Shown here: in pieces, positions 26,801-39,007 of the stretch
Layout of the letters: each line of letters starts with the position of its first letter
How positions within the stretch are numbered: position 1 is the stretch's first letter
Notes under the pieces: generated by a model
What the model was told of the DNA's origin: nothing
Database searches by the model: none
What the model saw: the letters and a program-made list of their open reading frames with translations, nothing else
Assembly (NCBI GenBank): GCA_965153455.1
Contig: OZ234493.1
Coordinates: 8,050,213-8,114,212 of the forward strand
Source: Sphagnum compactum
Taxonomy: Eukaryota
Length of the DNA: 64,000 nt
Direction: 5' to 3'
Program-made: the position numbers and the translations under genes

Positions 26801-27779
26801 ATTTCATGCTTGTAGATTTAAAAATCTAGATTAGTGTTATTCTACATCATTGTCAGCACCATTTCTCCATTAGTAGGAGACATTTTGTGGGCTCTTATTG
26901 CAAAATAATTGAGCTACTTTGGAATGCTATATCATATTGTGATACATTTATCAATTCCACAAGTTTTGCTCTAAATTGATAGCATTTAACAAGTCCTTCA
27001 ATTGATCTTCTTTCACAATTTTCAACTTATTTGGAATATTAATTGGATAAGTATGGTCTATTTTAGTAGTGTTTGTTTTTCTATGGTGACTTTTCACCAC
27101 TTGGTGACCAAAAAAAAAAAGGGTTGTGAACTATCCAAAATTGCCATGCCTTTTTGGGAAAAAAATGGAACTTGCCATATTTAGAGCACATGTTCTTATA
27201 GGTTGTTAGTATATATTGTTGTAAACCACTTCTTTGGATGGTGCAAACAATTGTGAAATGTGACATCCCAAAATATTGCAAGCGATGGGGTTGGAAGTCC
27301 CATGGCTAGGGCAACTTCATTAATAGTATTTGAAGTAGTATCAATATTGATTGTATCCAAATTGTGTGTTAATTTTGCCCCTTTTTTACCCATAAATAGC
27401 AAATATCAAACGTTCTAAATGCCACATGTGAGCCAATCATTGTAGTTGGCCAAACAATAACAGTCCACCAATTAGAATCCATCTTGAAACACAAGCAATA
27501 GGAGTGGGAGTTTCAATGTGTGGCCCTCAAAGTAATCTTTGTGAAAAGTACATCATTAATGTGGTGTAATCAAATTGTAACCAAGTAAAAAAGAACCATA
27601 TATATATATATATATATATATAAAGCAAGATGGAAATCCATCCACAAAAAGTACAAGGCATGTTGAAGCAAATGCAAACACATGAAAGGAAAACCAAAAC
27701 AATAAAATAGTAGTAATGAAGTAGAAGACCTAATGTTAAAAAGACATCCTTTTACCACAAATCAACTAGTGATGGAGGT

Positions 27780-29120
27780 GCATTAATTGGTATGTGTGGA
27801 AAAGATGAAGAATGTGACTAAACATGGCAGCCTACTAAAGAATCGCAATGGCTTGCGCACATTAGGAGGCTATTGACATTCATTCCCTATAATAAAATAT
27901 AAGCATCAAAGGTACCAAGGAAGTCTATTGATGGTGAGTTATACTAGCATATACACAAGAAATTAAAAAGGAATCAAAACAAGGATATGACAATCATAGG
28001 TCTCTATGGCAAGGGGAATGAAATCATCCCCTAGTGTTCACTTTATGTAGAATTGTGCATTGTCTTGAGCAGCAACTATTGTTGCATGCATTGTTGTCGT
28101 CGAAACACGCTACACCAAATTTGTACAAGTCAGATTAACAATGACAACGTCCGCCAAGGTTCAAAAATCATTTCTAGTGATGACAATATCCACTCATCTC
28201 CATATATGGTAGGGGAAAAGGTGGGAAACCTTTCTCAGTATGTGAGTTCCACTCTCCAATGCAATAGTTGCAATGATATTTCAAAGTGTATCATGGGTTA
28301 TAATGAAGTCACTCCAAATGGGCAACATAGCAAATGGATAACTTAATCATCAATGGTATGACCACATTGACATCATGAAAAATGTATAACTGTAGGATGT
28401 GGTATACTGAGATGAATACATAATGTTATAAGGAAATGGGTTAAGGACAAACAAAATGAAAAGGTGTTAGGATGAGCTAATAACCAAGCCCCTACTATTG
28501 GACCTACACACGAACAGAGATATGCTCACAACATCCGAAGGCACAACATCCAAAGGAATGTCTACTAGAAGCAAAGTCAATTCCTACTTGTGTAGTTGGT
28601 CCATCAAAGAAGACTACATTTGAGGATAAGATTACACCACAAAACTTTCGAAAAGTAAAACATGTGATTAAACAACCTTAAATAACATCACATGGGTATC
28701 TTGTAGTGCTACTTGGAAAGGATAAATACTGTTTTCTACATGTGCCACCACATCAAGAATAGTAGGGTGTTCATCTTGCTAGAAACAAAATATTAGTGCA
28801 GGAGTGATTAAAGCCCAACATCCAAAGAAGGTGGGGGTAGCATGTCTGACTGTTAAAAAAAGGCCTAGCCCCTTTGAAGAAATAGGAAAAATGATTTGAC
28901 AATGAGCCAAATGGCCCATTGTGGTGCCAAAGGATCTTGAACCTAATAGTTTCTCCAAAATAGCTATGGTACGATTATCAAATTCGGTGTAATGTTGCAA
29001 GATGCCTATTGATGGAAATATAATATATTGAAGGTAGCCCAACCATTGAACATAACAAAATGAAAACATCGCAAAAGTTGCCTAAAGATCTATTAGCATA
29101 GAAAGGCTAGCGACCATTAC
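27780..29120 (-). mobile_element. CRE-like non-LTR retrotransposon, 3' part (zinc knuckle + restriction-like endonuclease), degenerate
   Basis: Minus-strand remnants LCSCVGPIVGAWLLAHP, CQCGHTIDD.VIHLLCCP..THD, VDIVIT...TLADVVI and DFIPLAIETY. Confidence 0.75.
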
Positions 29121-29860
29121 TCTGTCAAATTCATTTCTACTTTCTTTCCGTTTTTACATTTTTGTGACCAAATGTTTCGTTTTTGATTCCATACCCAAGC
29201 TTTTGGTCATGCATGTCAACACACAAAATTGTCCATTTAATTTTTTGCTTGCACACCATTTTTTCATGAAACTCTAATTTGCATTTTGTAAGCCCTCCTA
29301 TTGATGCTACAATTGTATGGGCAAAAATATCCATGTTGGTCAAAAATATCTCTTAAAATTTTTGGAGGAAAAGAGAAAGGATGGGGCATAATAATCATTA
29401 GGTTTTGGAAAAATCTTATGAAAAATGATTGGCATGGAATTTGATGCTTGTTGAGGCAGGTTCTTTTTTACCATGTATGATGTTTCCTTGTTTAGCTTAT
29501 TCATTTAAGGCGTGTGAGGTAATGAATGCAAAGTTGGAGTCCATATTTGGAAGTTGTCATTGTTTTAAGGCCTGACAGTTTTGATGTTTGAAGTCGATGG
29601 GCCTCAGATTAAGGAATACAAACAAGATCAAACAAAAAAAAAAGATTTGAATTTGCAATAGTAGCAACCATTCGAGGAAGTGGTGAGAAAATTGAAGTTG
29701 AATTCCCTCATAGCAAATTTTTAAGCTGCTTCTTTAAAATCCCCCAATTGTGCAATTTCCTTTGTTGTGTGTTAGAGATTTTTGCATGACTATAACATGG
29801 CAGCCTTTATTGACCTCATTCAAACTAAGTAAGTATGTAGGTAGGTTAAGAACCTTTACA

Positions 29861-29885
29861 GTTTAGGGTTTAGGGTTTAGGGTTT
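29861..29885 (+). repeat. Short interstitial plant telomere-type repeat (TTTAGGG)x3
   Basis: gtttagggtttagggtttagggttt. Confidence 0.8.
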
Positions 29886-30099
29886 CGTTAATTAATGTGT
29901 ATAAACATGGTAAACCCTGTAGTTTCATTGACATTAAAACCCTGACGAGTATCACAACAAGATTCTGTTATCGTGATGATTTGTATGGATTGTCATGAAA
30001 CATTTCTGCCCCTTCATTCAATGATTCCCATCGCATCTATTTTGCCTCATCCAATCTCTTCAATTGCACTTAGTTTGTTCTCACATTTCACACCTTGTC

Positions 30100-31370
30100 T
30101 ATATCTTTAACCATAGGCTATCCTTCAATCATTTGTACTTACATTAGGGGCCTATCCATCCCATAAACAATGTCCATGTTTTCATTTTCCTGGTTGTGGT
30201 CATTTATATGTAGCAAAAGTAGGTTTAGCACCATGCATCATGCATCGCACACAAGCAGTTATCAGCTTTTGGGGTGTTAATGCCTTCAACATTATTGTTT
30301 TATCCTCCTTTATTTGGACATGGATTGTATCACTAGATATCATTGATGTTTTCCATCTTGGTTTACCACACCCCTACTCATACCATCATATTCCATATGT
30401 TCTCCATGTCTAGGTTTAACGTGTTTTGTGCATCCTTTTAGTTCAGTTGGTTATCGATCCATTCAACATAATAACTTGGCATGCATTTTTGCTTTTCCAT
30501 TCTTAGTGTTTGTTTTTTTTGCCACAAGGTGATGAAAAAGGCCATCAAGAGACTTGTGCTTGTTTGTGTCAATACATGGCAAGGGATTAGGAGACTACAA
30601 AGATGAACATACGATTAAAGCACATGCGTTGGCTTCCCAAAGATTTTCAAAGATGGCACTGGATCCTACTCCACCTCCATAAGCACAATTGCGTTGCACA
30701 TGGGCATTTGCTCATGTAGGGGGAGTATGCTCGAACAATGCATGCATTCACCCCAAGCACTCATGTAGCCCCATCAACTATGACTGTTGTAGCCCTTCGC
30801 CATCTTCATCCATTGGATGAAGTTGATTTCCTTTTCTTGTCGATGTTTTTCATCTAGAGACAAATCTTGTTTTGAATAAAAAAACATTTATTTTTGCTTT
30901 GACACATTCACTATGTCTTTCATTTGGCAGTCCTTCGAGTATGGGGTATGGTGTACTGCGAGATTGTTTTGTCCTCAATGACTCTGTTAGTGGTTTTAAT
31001 ATCTTTTTTGAGATATGCAGGCACATCGTTCGTGGTCATGTTCCTCCATCAGTATCATGCTTGCTTGTTGCATTGTGATTATTGATTTTGGAAAAACAAA
31101 CTGGACATGTTCGACCCACCACAATTGGAGAAGTGACTTATCAATTAGTTGTTCACACATTGGCTATTTAATTCAAGGATACATTTGCAAAGCATTTTAG
31201 TTCGCACCAATTTGGGGTGACAATGTTAGGCAGATGTGAAACAATGATTCATAGGGTTAGAGCTTTATTAGATCTGCATCCAAAGTGGGTGATATTAGAG
31301 GTGGATGTTCGAAACGAGTTTAATTTAATATCTTGAACAATCATTTTTCAAGAATTACAATCTTGTACCG
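30100..31370 (+). mobile_element. CRE-like non-LTR retrotransposon, N-terminal RT part, degenerate
   Basis: GHVRPTTIGEVTYQLV...FSSHQFGVTMLGRCETMIHRVRALLDLHPKWVILEVDVRNEFN (about 31103-31325) matches the RPIAxGE / QFGV / DxxNAFN RT motifs. Confidence 0.75.
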
Positions 31371-32987
31371 AGATTGTTAAGTTACAATTGTTTTGAACAA
31401 TGTTTAGTGTAACGGGTTTAGTGAAACCTAGTTATAATTGTAGGCCACAATAACTAATTCTAGAACCCCCCTAGACCTAATAGCACACAAGCCCATAAAA
31501 TCTTGTATGAATAAACAAGTCACAGACACAAGAGCAAGGCATACAAACATCGCAAAACTAAATCATAGTTGAAGTCCAACTCCCAATAGTAAGCTACTAA
31601 AGTTTGATGAAGTATGAGTTTATTGGATTTGTAAAGTACATATTGAAGCTTGGTGAACGTGATTTCTACTGTTTGGTTTGGTATATAGGCATGTGCCTTC
31701 TATCAACATTGGTTGCAAGGAACCTATTAACCTCAAATAATAGAGGGTTCTTGAAATAATAGCTCCCCCAGGCCGTAGGTCAAGGGCTTGTTATTTCAAC
31801 AACTCTTTGGCACAAGGGCATATCACATGGTGTAAAAAAACGTATTTCGATCAAAATTTTAAAACTTTTTTCCCATGATACATTTTGGGTACCCACAAGA
31901 TACCCACAGGATACCCATCAAATATCATGGGAAAAGAAAAACAATGTGAGGCATTTTGAAAAATGAAACACCCACTCCTTGGAATCTTACTTCTTGTAAG
32001 TGTTCTTCCAACTACACTAAGAACTTCTTTGGAGGTTTTAGGGTTATAGACCTGCTTCATACTACCCAAAAAATAGTTAGTCTTAGACCCCATACCAAGA
32101 CCAACACAGATGGTTACCAACAAATAGTGCACATATACGATAAGGGTCTTCTTATTGTCATCTAAAACTAAAATTGGGAACAAAGGGGAATACCCATTGC
32201 AAGGAAAAAAGAGTACAACCATCCAGCTCCTTATTGTTTTTTTTGTCTTTTCAAACCAACACATTGTAGATCAATTAGTACTTTGAGTTGTTTTTACTAT
32301 AGCCCTCACCCAAGTAAGAGTTCACCTTAATTACATTTTCATAATTTCTCAAAGATTCTGAATTATTTTTTAATAATTAATTATTGATGAATTTGCTAGC
32401 ACAAAATGATGTAAGTTTTAGTACAACACAGTTTGGAGTTTGAAACATACAAAAATATTAAGTGCTCATCACATATGGTTCTGCTCATTAAGCAAATTCA
32501 AATTTCAAACCATTTCAAGAGGCAAAATAGGAAATGCTCTATGTGGGACCAAATGAACACTACAGCATTCCAGATGGGCCAGAGAGAACCAGCACCCACC
32601 AGTGCAATCATCCAATGGATGCCCCTGAAGACTCAGTTTGTGGATGAACCTCAACTGAGTTTATATCTAGTTTCACCTCGACGGATATTCCATTCTCTAA
32701 GAAGAAATAGGTCCTAATTATGCAATTACAAAACTAGGTGACTTATCTACCAAGTAATAATGAATATATGGTTTATAGTTTATACACAGGTAAGCGTTGT
32801 TTTTACTAACCTCCCTATGAATAGTTACTACCTTGTCAGTATGTAGGTAGGTAGTAAAAAAAGCAACAAATGAGCTGAGCTAACCACCATGGTTAGCGAG
32901 GGAACTGAAATCCAACAGAAAACTGTTTCCTGACAACTTACCATCCATCCTTCACCGCGCGCTGGTGGGTGCTGGTTCACTGTGGCC

Positions 32988-33074
32988 GATCCGTGTGATG
33001 TTCTCCCATTGGTGCGCGTAACCCAACAGTAGAAAATAGGTACCTAGTGCCTACTACCTACGCTATTAGGGTTT
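32988..33074. promoter_or_regulatory. Histone promoter elements: octamer-like, CCAAT (reverse), telo-box
   Basis: GATCCGTG at 32988-32995 (one mismatch to the plant histone octamer GATCCGCG), ATTGG at about 33008, TAGGGTTT at 33067-33074. Confidence 0.5.
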
Positions 33075-33292
33075 GCGCGCGCGGAAGTCGCACTCGAGGA
33101 GTTTCGTACCCTACCCTTTCTGCTTCCCGACACCGAGGTCCGCATTCCCTTCAAATAGTCTTCGTTCTCACGAAATCCCTGTCTCCATTTACCGATTCTT
33201 CAAGATTTTCGAGAACCCATTGCTCCGATTTTTCTGTTAGTTCTTGTATTTTTTGGCCGTTTATTTTTCGCTGCCGTGTTTGTTGTGCAAGC

Positions 33293-33890
33293 ATGTCTGG
33301 GAGAGGGAAGAGTTCTGGGAAGAAGGCTGTGTCCAGGTCGCACAAGGCCGGCCTGCAGTTCCCTGTGGGCAGAATTGCGCGGTTTCTCAAGGCAGGGAAG
33401 TATTCCACTCGAGTTGGAGCTGGAGCGCCTGTTTATCTGGCGGCAGTGCTTGAGTATCTGGCCGCTGAGGTATGGATGTTTGCTTCTGTTGTTGTTTCCA
33501 GTTCTTGCTCTTTTAGAATGACATGAAATCTGGTGGCATCCTTGCTAGAATTTGCAGAATTGGCTGTGACTATCTTTTGTCCTTTTTGGGTAGGGTTCCT
33601 GTTCCGGGGCTTCCAGATATTCCTGTTCTGGCTATCTGGAATTTGAAATTTGTTTCCCATTTTCCAAACAGGTGTTGGAGCTGGCTGGAAATGCTTCCCG
33701 AGACAACAAGAAAACGAGGATTGTGCCTCGTCATATTCAGCTGGCTGTGAGGAACGATGAGGAGCTGAGCAGGTTGCTTGGACAGGTTACCATTGCGAAT
33801 GGAGGTGTACTTCCTAATATTCATTCCATCTTGCTTCCAAAGAAGTCGGCTGGTACAGGCAAGGCTGGAAAAGGTGCAGATGAAGAGTAA
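33293..33890 (+). CDS. H2A: Histone H2A (canonical type, acidic C-terminus), 131 aa
   Basis: Exons 33293-33469 and 33672-33890 (GT-AG). [20 protein letters not shown]...[42 protein letters not shown]. Ends GADEE, with no SQEF or KSPKK motif. Confidence 0.98.
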
Positions 33891-34864
33891 AGCCTGGCTC
33901 TGCATGCACATATGTTCGTTAAAAAATGGTGTTTCATTAACACCACCAATTCTTGGAAGTAATCTATCTCCTGATTTTTTAACTGGTTAGAGGAAGATGG
34001 TTAGATTTCTGACAATTCTAAGCAGCAATCTATTTTGTAATTTATGTACTGGTTTACTATTGGATGTGCAGTATAATTAAGCCCTTTCTGAGTTTGGTTC
34101 ATTCTGACATTTCCAAGTACTGTACTAACATGTTTGGTTTGGGTACTATCCATGCAGTTCTTTTACTGCATGATTTGTACCCAAAGCTTGGGGTTCATCA
34201 TATGGTTAGTTTTTCATTCAGTGTGGTTCTGTAGAGTGTATAAGCTTTGTGGACTCGGACATTTAAGTGCAATTGTATTGATAGTTTGTGATTAAAATAT
34301 AATGATCATTACATGGAATCTCTTTTTGTCCTGTTTGCTTTGTGGTTTGTAGCCAAAGCCTAGGATTTACTTTCAATCTTCCCCCTACATTTGCACCATG
34401 GTTCAATTTAACTTAAGGAGCTGAAGATTCAAACAGTAGTTCTTTTCTAACTTCCATTCCTTGTCAACATGTTGTATTACAACAATATTTTGACAATAAT
34501 GTATAATAGCAATATAATGCAGAGACAAATAAGCATTCATTGTCGAGTGGCTGCACCTTTATGGAGAATGGGTCCAATGTTTCTTGTCTGATGAAGTTTG
34601 GCACTCTGCCAAAGGTGCAAAATTCTTTTCTTTCATACTTACTAGTGTGGCCTGTGCTGTTGGCCCAAATGTATGCTCTTTCTATCAATAAAAGTTGAGT
34701 GAGTATAAAATGAAAGAAAAGGAAACAAAATAAGAAAGATGATTGTTGAAAACTTTCGGCGGGGTAAATTTGAATTTCCAGCAAGTTGTATGCAAAAATC
34801 GCTCATTGCAAAGAGCAAGGGTGAAATATTGTAAAGAAAAAAAGAACAACATTGAATTAAAAAA

Positions 34865-34936
34865 AGGCCCCACCGAGATTCGAACTCGGGCTCTTGGATT
34901 CAAAGTCCAATGTCGTAACCACTAGACTATGGGGCC
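34865..34936 (-). tRNA. trnQ-UUG: tRNA-Gln (UUG)
   Basis: GGCCCCATAGTCTAGTGGTTACGACATTGGACTTTGAATCCAAGAGCCCGAGTTCGAATCTCGGTGGGGCCT: paired acceptor stem, A and B boxes, CT-TTG-AA anticodon loop, followed by an oligo-T Pol III terminator. Confidence 0.95.
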
Positions 34937-35217
34937 TGATCTGCTAAAGATGATTCCAAAATTATTTTTCATCAGAAAAAGATGACCAGGCACTGAACTT
35001 AATTAAGTTTCTGCACTCCATCATCAACACATTCCTGTTCAAAAAATAATAATTAATTCTCAAGATTCCATGCCTCCAAAATATTTCCTAGTTTTCCTTT
35101 TTTTCAAATTTGTTCTTTGAAAAATGTTTAGTTATTTTTTGGGTGAAATTTCCAATATCACTGTGGAATCTGTCAAGGTACTACTTCAGTGTTGGGTAAA
35201 CATTATGACATACACCT

Positions 35218-35770
35218 TATGTCATGGAATCAGCCGGCCCAGCCCATTACTTGCCCTAACGGGCTCACCTGGCGCATTACTGACCAAAATGGGCAGGGCT
35301 TGACCACTCCATCGTACATTGGGTTCTGGGATGGCATATTATGTTGTTTACTTTACCACATTCTGTGACATAATCTTTTGGTGATGATCATGCACTCAGC
35401 AGTGACCAAATTGTGTTTTGTTGAACATGATTTTTTGTTTTAAAATTGTTGATTCCATCACCCCAGACCTTAATGTCCTGGAATGGCCTTACACTTGCCC
35501 ATTATGTTGGGTGGGTCGCCTAGATTGCCCAAATGGGCTAATCTGGCACCTTACCCAACAGAATACCCAACAGAATGATCACGGCTTGATCAAGCCATGA
35601 TCGTTCTGTTGAGTGCATTGCCTAGCTTGCCTAGCAAGTTCACATGGCACCTTACCCAACAGAATGGTCAGGGCTTGACATTCTGTTGGCTGCATTGCCT
35701 AGCTTGCCATAACAGGCTTGTCTGTCACCTTACTCAACAGAATGGCCAGGGCTTCACGATTCCATGGTAA
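35218..35770. mobile_element. MITE-like element with internal hairpin repeats
   Basis: Termini tgtcatggaatc...ggccc and gggc...gattccatggta are imperfect inverted repeats. Internal ~85-100-bp units contain caccttacccaacagaat...attctgttg. Confidence 0.5.
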
Positions 35771-36478
35771 AATTTCCCTCAGACCAAATAGTAGTACATC
35801 TGTAGCGAAAGAGAGCAGACGCCACAGCATCAACTGTGCAATCAGCCCACATTGGCTAGGAACAAGTCAAAAAAGATCATGTTGATTTGTTTACTTGTGT
35901 TGAATTTGTTCATCTGCAAAGCTACATTACATACTCTTATCAATATCAGATCATTCCAACTTATGTCTCATATCAAAAAAGTTCACAACAATTTTCATGC
36001 AATTGAGCAGGAAATGTCCAGAAAACTGGATCAAAGAAGATGAAAGGTAGCTTACAGAGTTGGGCGGCAACATTCATAATGGGATGCTCTTCACTGTTCC
36101 AGGATCTATGAAGCTCCTACTTTGCAGAGAAAAAGGACAACCAGAAGGCATCAAAAAGCAACAAAATCTGTAGCCCAAAACCTCTGAAAGACTGATAAAA
36201 AGCAAGGGTATGGTAAGTTGATTTTGCTGCTACTCCAAATCAACACTCAGTTTGAAGAGTAAACTTCATGCCAAACAAGAAATGCCTCAGAGCTTGACAC
36301 ATGATGTTTCTCTGCTGCGTTCTCTGCTTGGAAGAGTGGTGAAGACTTGGTGGAGCAAAGTGATGATCCTGAGGTTTATGGTAGGACATCCCTTCATGCT
36401 GACAAACACATGCCAACCAATTTGACAGTAGTGCCAGAGTGCAAATCTTGGATTGTTTCGTCATCCCAGAACAACAGC

Positions 36479-38318
36479 TCACAGCATATCCCATACTGCC
36501 TTGGATATCTGAAATGGTGACATCTCTGCTGGGTCGAGTGAAATCTTGGAAATGTCATCCTTAACCAAAAGATCTTTTACCTTGTCAAGGAGGTTTGACC
36601 CAGATGAAATTTGCTTCAAAATCCATCTGATTACACCACTGCGCACTTTCTTTGTGATTCATTGGTCTTTCATCATTGCAGAAAATAAAACAAATAAAAT
36701 CTCCAACAAGGCAATCAAAGCTTACTTCATGCAACAGTATGCAGTGCAAAAGGATACGGCCAACAAACTTCTGTTTCTCTGACAGGTCAGGGATGATGTT
36801 TGTGATGGTTGAGAATAATGACAGCTCATTCCTGCAGCAGTTGTACCCAAGCATGCAATTAGAATTCAGACACATCTTTTCTCAATGCACTGCTATGCCC
36901 CAAGGAAAATACCCATTTCAAGAAATGCACAGACAGACAATTAACAAAACTACAGCAACCATGGCACCAACACCTTTGAAAGCTAATATGTTTCTCCTAT
37001 CTCCTGAAAGTTGAGCTCCTGATTTGAAGCAAAAAAACTAGCTCCCTTGGTTATCTTCATGCAGCATTTGTTTTATATCATACATTGCAACAACTCCTGA
37101 ATTGGGAAAAATAGCTACCAGCCAGCTCCAGACCCACTATGACCAGGAGAGACAGACCCACTTTTGATGTGACCCACTTTTGCTTGTGTAACCTAAAGAA
37201 AGTGGGGAGTTAGGGAAGCACTAAGGAACACACATACTTTAGACGGGTCTCCTCTGTGGTAAGTGCAGCCATTTGGGCCTTGACAGATCGTTCTTGCTCA
37301 GACAATGCATCCAAGTCCTCGATAACAGATGTGCATGAACATCACCACCAAACCCAGATTATCAGCAGTATATATATAGTCACCCGAATTTGTATCATTT
37401 CCAGCAGCCTTAACAAGAAAGCTTACCCATTCTTGTGACTTTGAGCATTCTCAATGTTGTCAGGAAAAGAGGGGTTATTTCAGCCCAAGCTTTGAAAATA
37501 AAAATTGCACATGAGAGAGAGAGAGAAACAAAACTGCAATGAGCAAGGTGGCACAGGACAACAGAGAAAAAAACTCAATCCGTATAGGGTTTGGGCACAT
37601 AAAAATTGTGCACCCAAGGCACAAGAGTGAGAGATTGAGTAGCACCTTCTGCACAAAAGGCATTCTTCTCTCCGCAAAACCCTAAGTCCACAAACTGATT
37701 TCTTCAAAGAAAACTTGATATATGCCTGTCCAGACAACTACAAGGTAATCTAGAATATGGATGTGATCTCAATGCTGAGAACACACAGGATGTGAGAGAA
37801 GAATGGAGGAGGTACTAATCTGATAGCCAATCGCACTTCATCCTCTTGGCAAAGAAGCTCTGAGAGCATCTGTTGTGTCAATTCCAGTTCCTCACTCTTC
37901 CCATTCACCTGTGCAGCAAGCACTTCCTGCCTTTTCTGTTCCTCTTGTTGAAGCAACTCTGCACACGCACACATACACACACACACAAAATTGAGAACTG
38001 AACGTTAACAATGTGTACTACAGCTCTAGATCACCATTGAAGCCAGTAAGATCTTCCATTGGCAGCTGTGATGGATCCCCCTGAACTATCAGATTATCGT
38101 TCTTGTGCTTTTGAATCATCAACTGGTTTCCAGATACCAGACCCCTTGCCATGTCTTCCTCTGCCAATTAGTCAATCTTGGGACCAGACAGACAGATAGA
38201 CACCCAAGAAGTTGTCTCTCCCTCGTAGTTCTAGGAAGAAACAAACCCATATCCTCAGAAACAGATGTCCTCAGGATCTAGTTCTGCGGATCTGGTGATG
38301 ATCAAAGGGAGAGAGCGT

Positions 38319-38350
<32 letters not shown>

Positions 38351-38541
38351 GGTTTTGTGGGCGTACTGTGAAGAGTAGCGCGAAGATCATTCAAGTAAGC
38401 ATCGCACCAGGACCTCATGTCATCCACCTTCTGCAACACATTGCTCTCAAAGAAGGCATTTCCCAACGACGTTTTGAGCAGAGGAGGTAGGCCGTGGATC
38501 AACTCAATCGCTTCCTTCGCTTCTTTCTCGCTCTCCATCAT
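36479..38541 (-). CDS. SPC24: Kinetochore NDC80-complex subunit SPC24 homolog, about 191 aa
   Basis: Exons (-) 38541-38367, 37958-37820, 37330-37238, 36831-36758, 36573-36479 (576 nt, in frame). A coiled-coil N-half is followed by NELSLFSTITNIIPDL..KFVGH...ISLDPAEMSPFQISKAVWDML, resembling the plant SPC24 C-terminus (LSMYASVT.VIPD...ISG...CN.IW). Intron 2 is inferred AT-AC; intron 4 is U12 GT-AG. Confidence 0.82.
36574..36757 (-). other. U12-type (minor spliceosome) GT-AG intron
   Basis: 5' splice site GTATCCTTTT at 36757. Branch site CTCCTTGAC at 36592-36584. Short distance to the AAG acceptor at 36574, with no polypyrimidine tract. Confidence 0.85.
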
Positions 38542-38609
38542 CCTTTCTTTCTTCCTTTCTTCCTCCCACTACTGTCTGTAGGTCTGTCTCCTGTTCTTCT
38601 TCAATATTG

Positions 38610-39007
38610 CCTTTGTCTGTCTTTCCTACAAGCAAACAACACCAAGATGGATTCAGCAGCGGCGGTAGCAGCAGCATTTGCTTCAGTAGTATCTCAGGTG
38701 TTATTGCCAAAAGCTTCACCTTGGTACTTTGCATTCCCTCTCTTCTCTCTTGTTCTGTGAACCTTGGAACCCGACAAGAATCGAAAGGGATTAGGGTTTA
38801 GGATTAGGGTTTAGGGTTTGTATATTTCTGTCTTTGCTTCAAGCACCCAGCAGGAAGATGGATTCAGCAGAGCAGCGCCAAAAGCTTCAGTAGTATCTCA
38901 GGTGTTATTGCCAAAAGCTTCACCTTGCTGCTTTGCATTCCCTCTCTTCTCTTCTTCTGTGAACCTTGCAACCCGAGAAGAAGCGAAAGGGTTTAGGGGT
39001 TTAGGGA
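38610..39007. repeat. Tandem ~200-bp duplication with telo-box clusters upstream of SPC24
   Basis: gatggattcagcag...gcttcagtagtatctcaggtgttattgccaaaagcttcaccttg...ctttgcattccctctcttctct...tagggtttagg occurs at about 38610-38820 and 38826-39007. Confidence 0.9.

Noticed and set aside
33047-33292. N-terminal extension of H2A in the 159-aa ORF
   Set aside because: It begins at a GTG in promoter/5'UTR sequence; the conserved protein starts MSGRGK at 33293.
36479-38541. SPC24 as a pseudogene with mutated splice acceptors
   Set aside because: The U12 signals explain intron 4, the AT-AC junction restores the frame, and all exons are free of stops.
33293-38541. H2A-tRNA-SPC24 as a functional cell-cycle gene cluster
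   Set aside because: Adjacency of two chromosome-related genes is plausible by chance and there is no evidence of co-regulation in the sequence.
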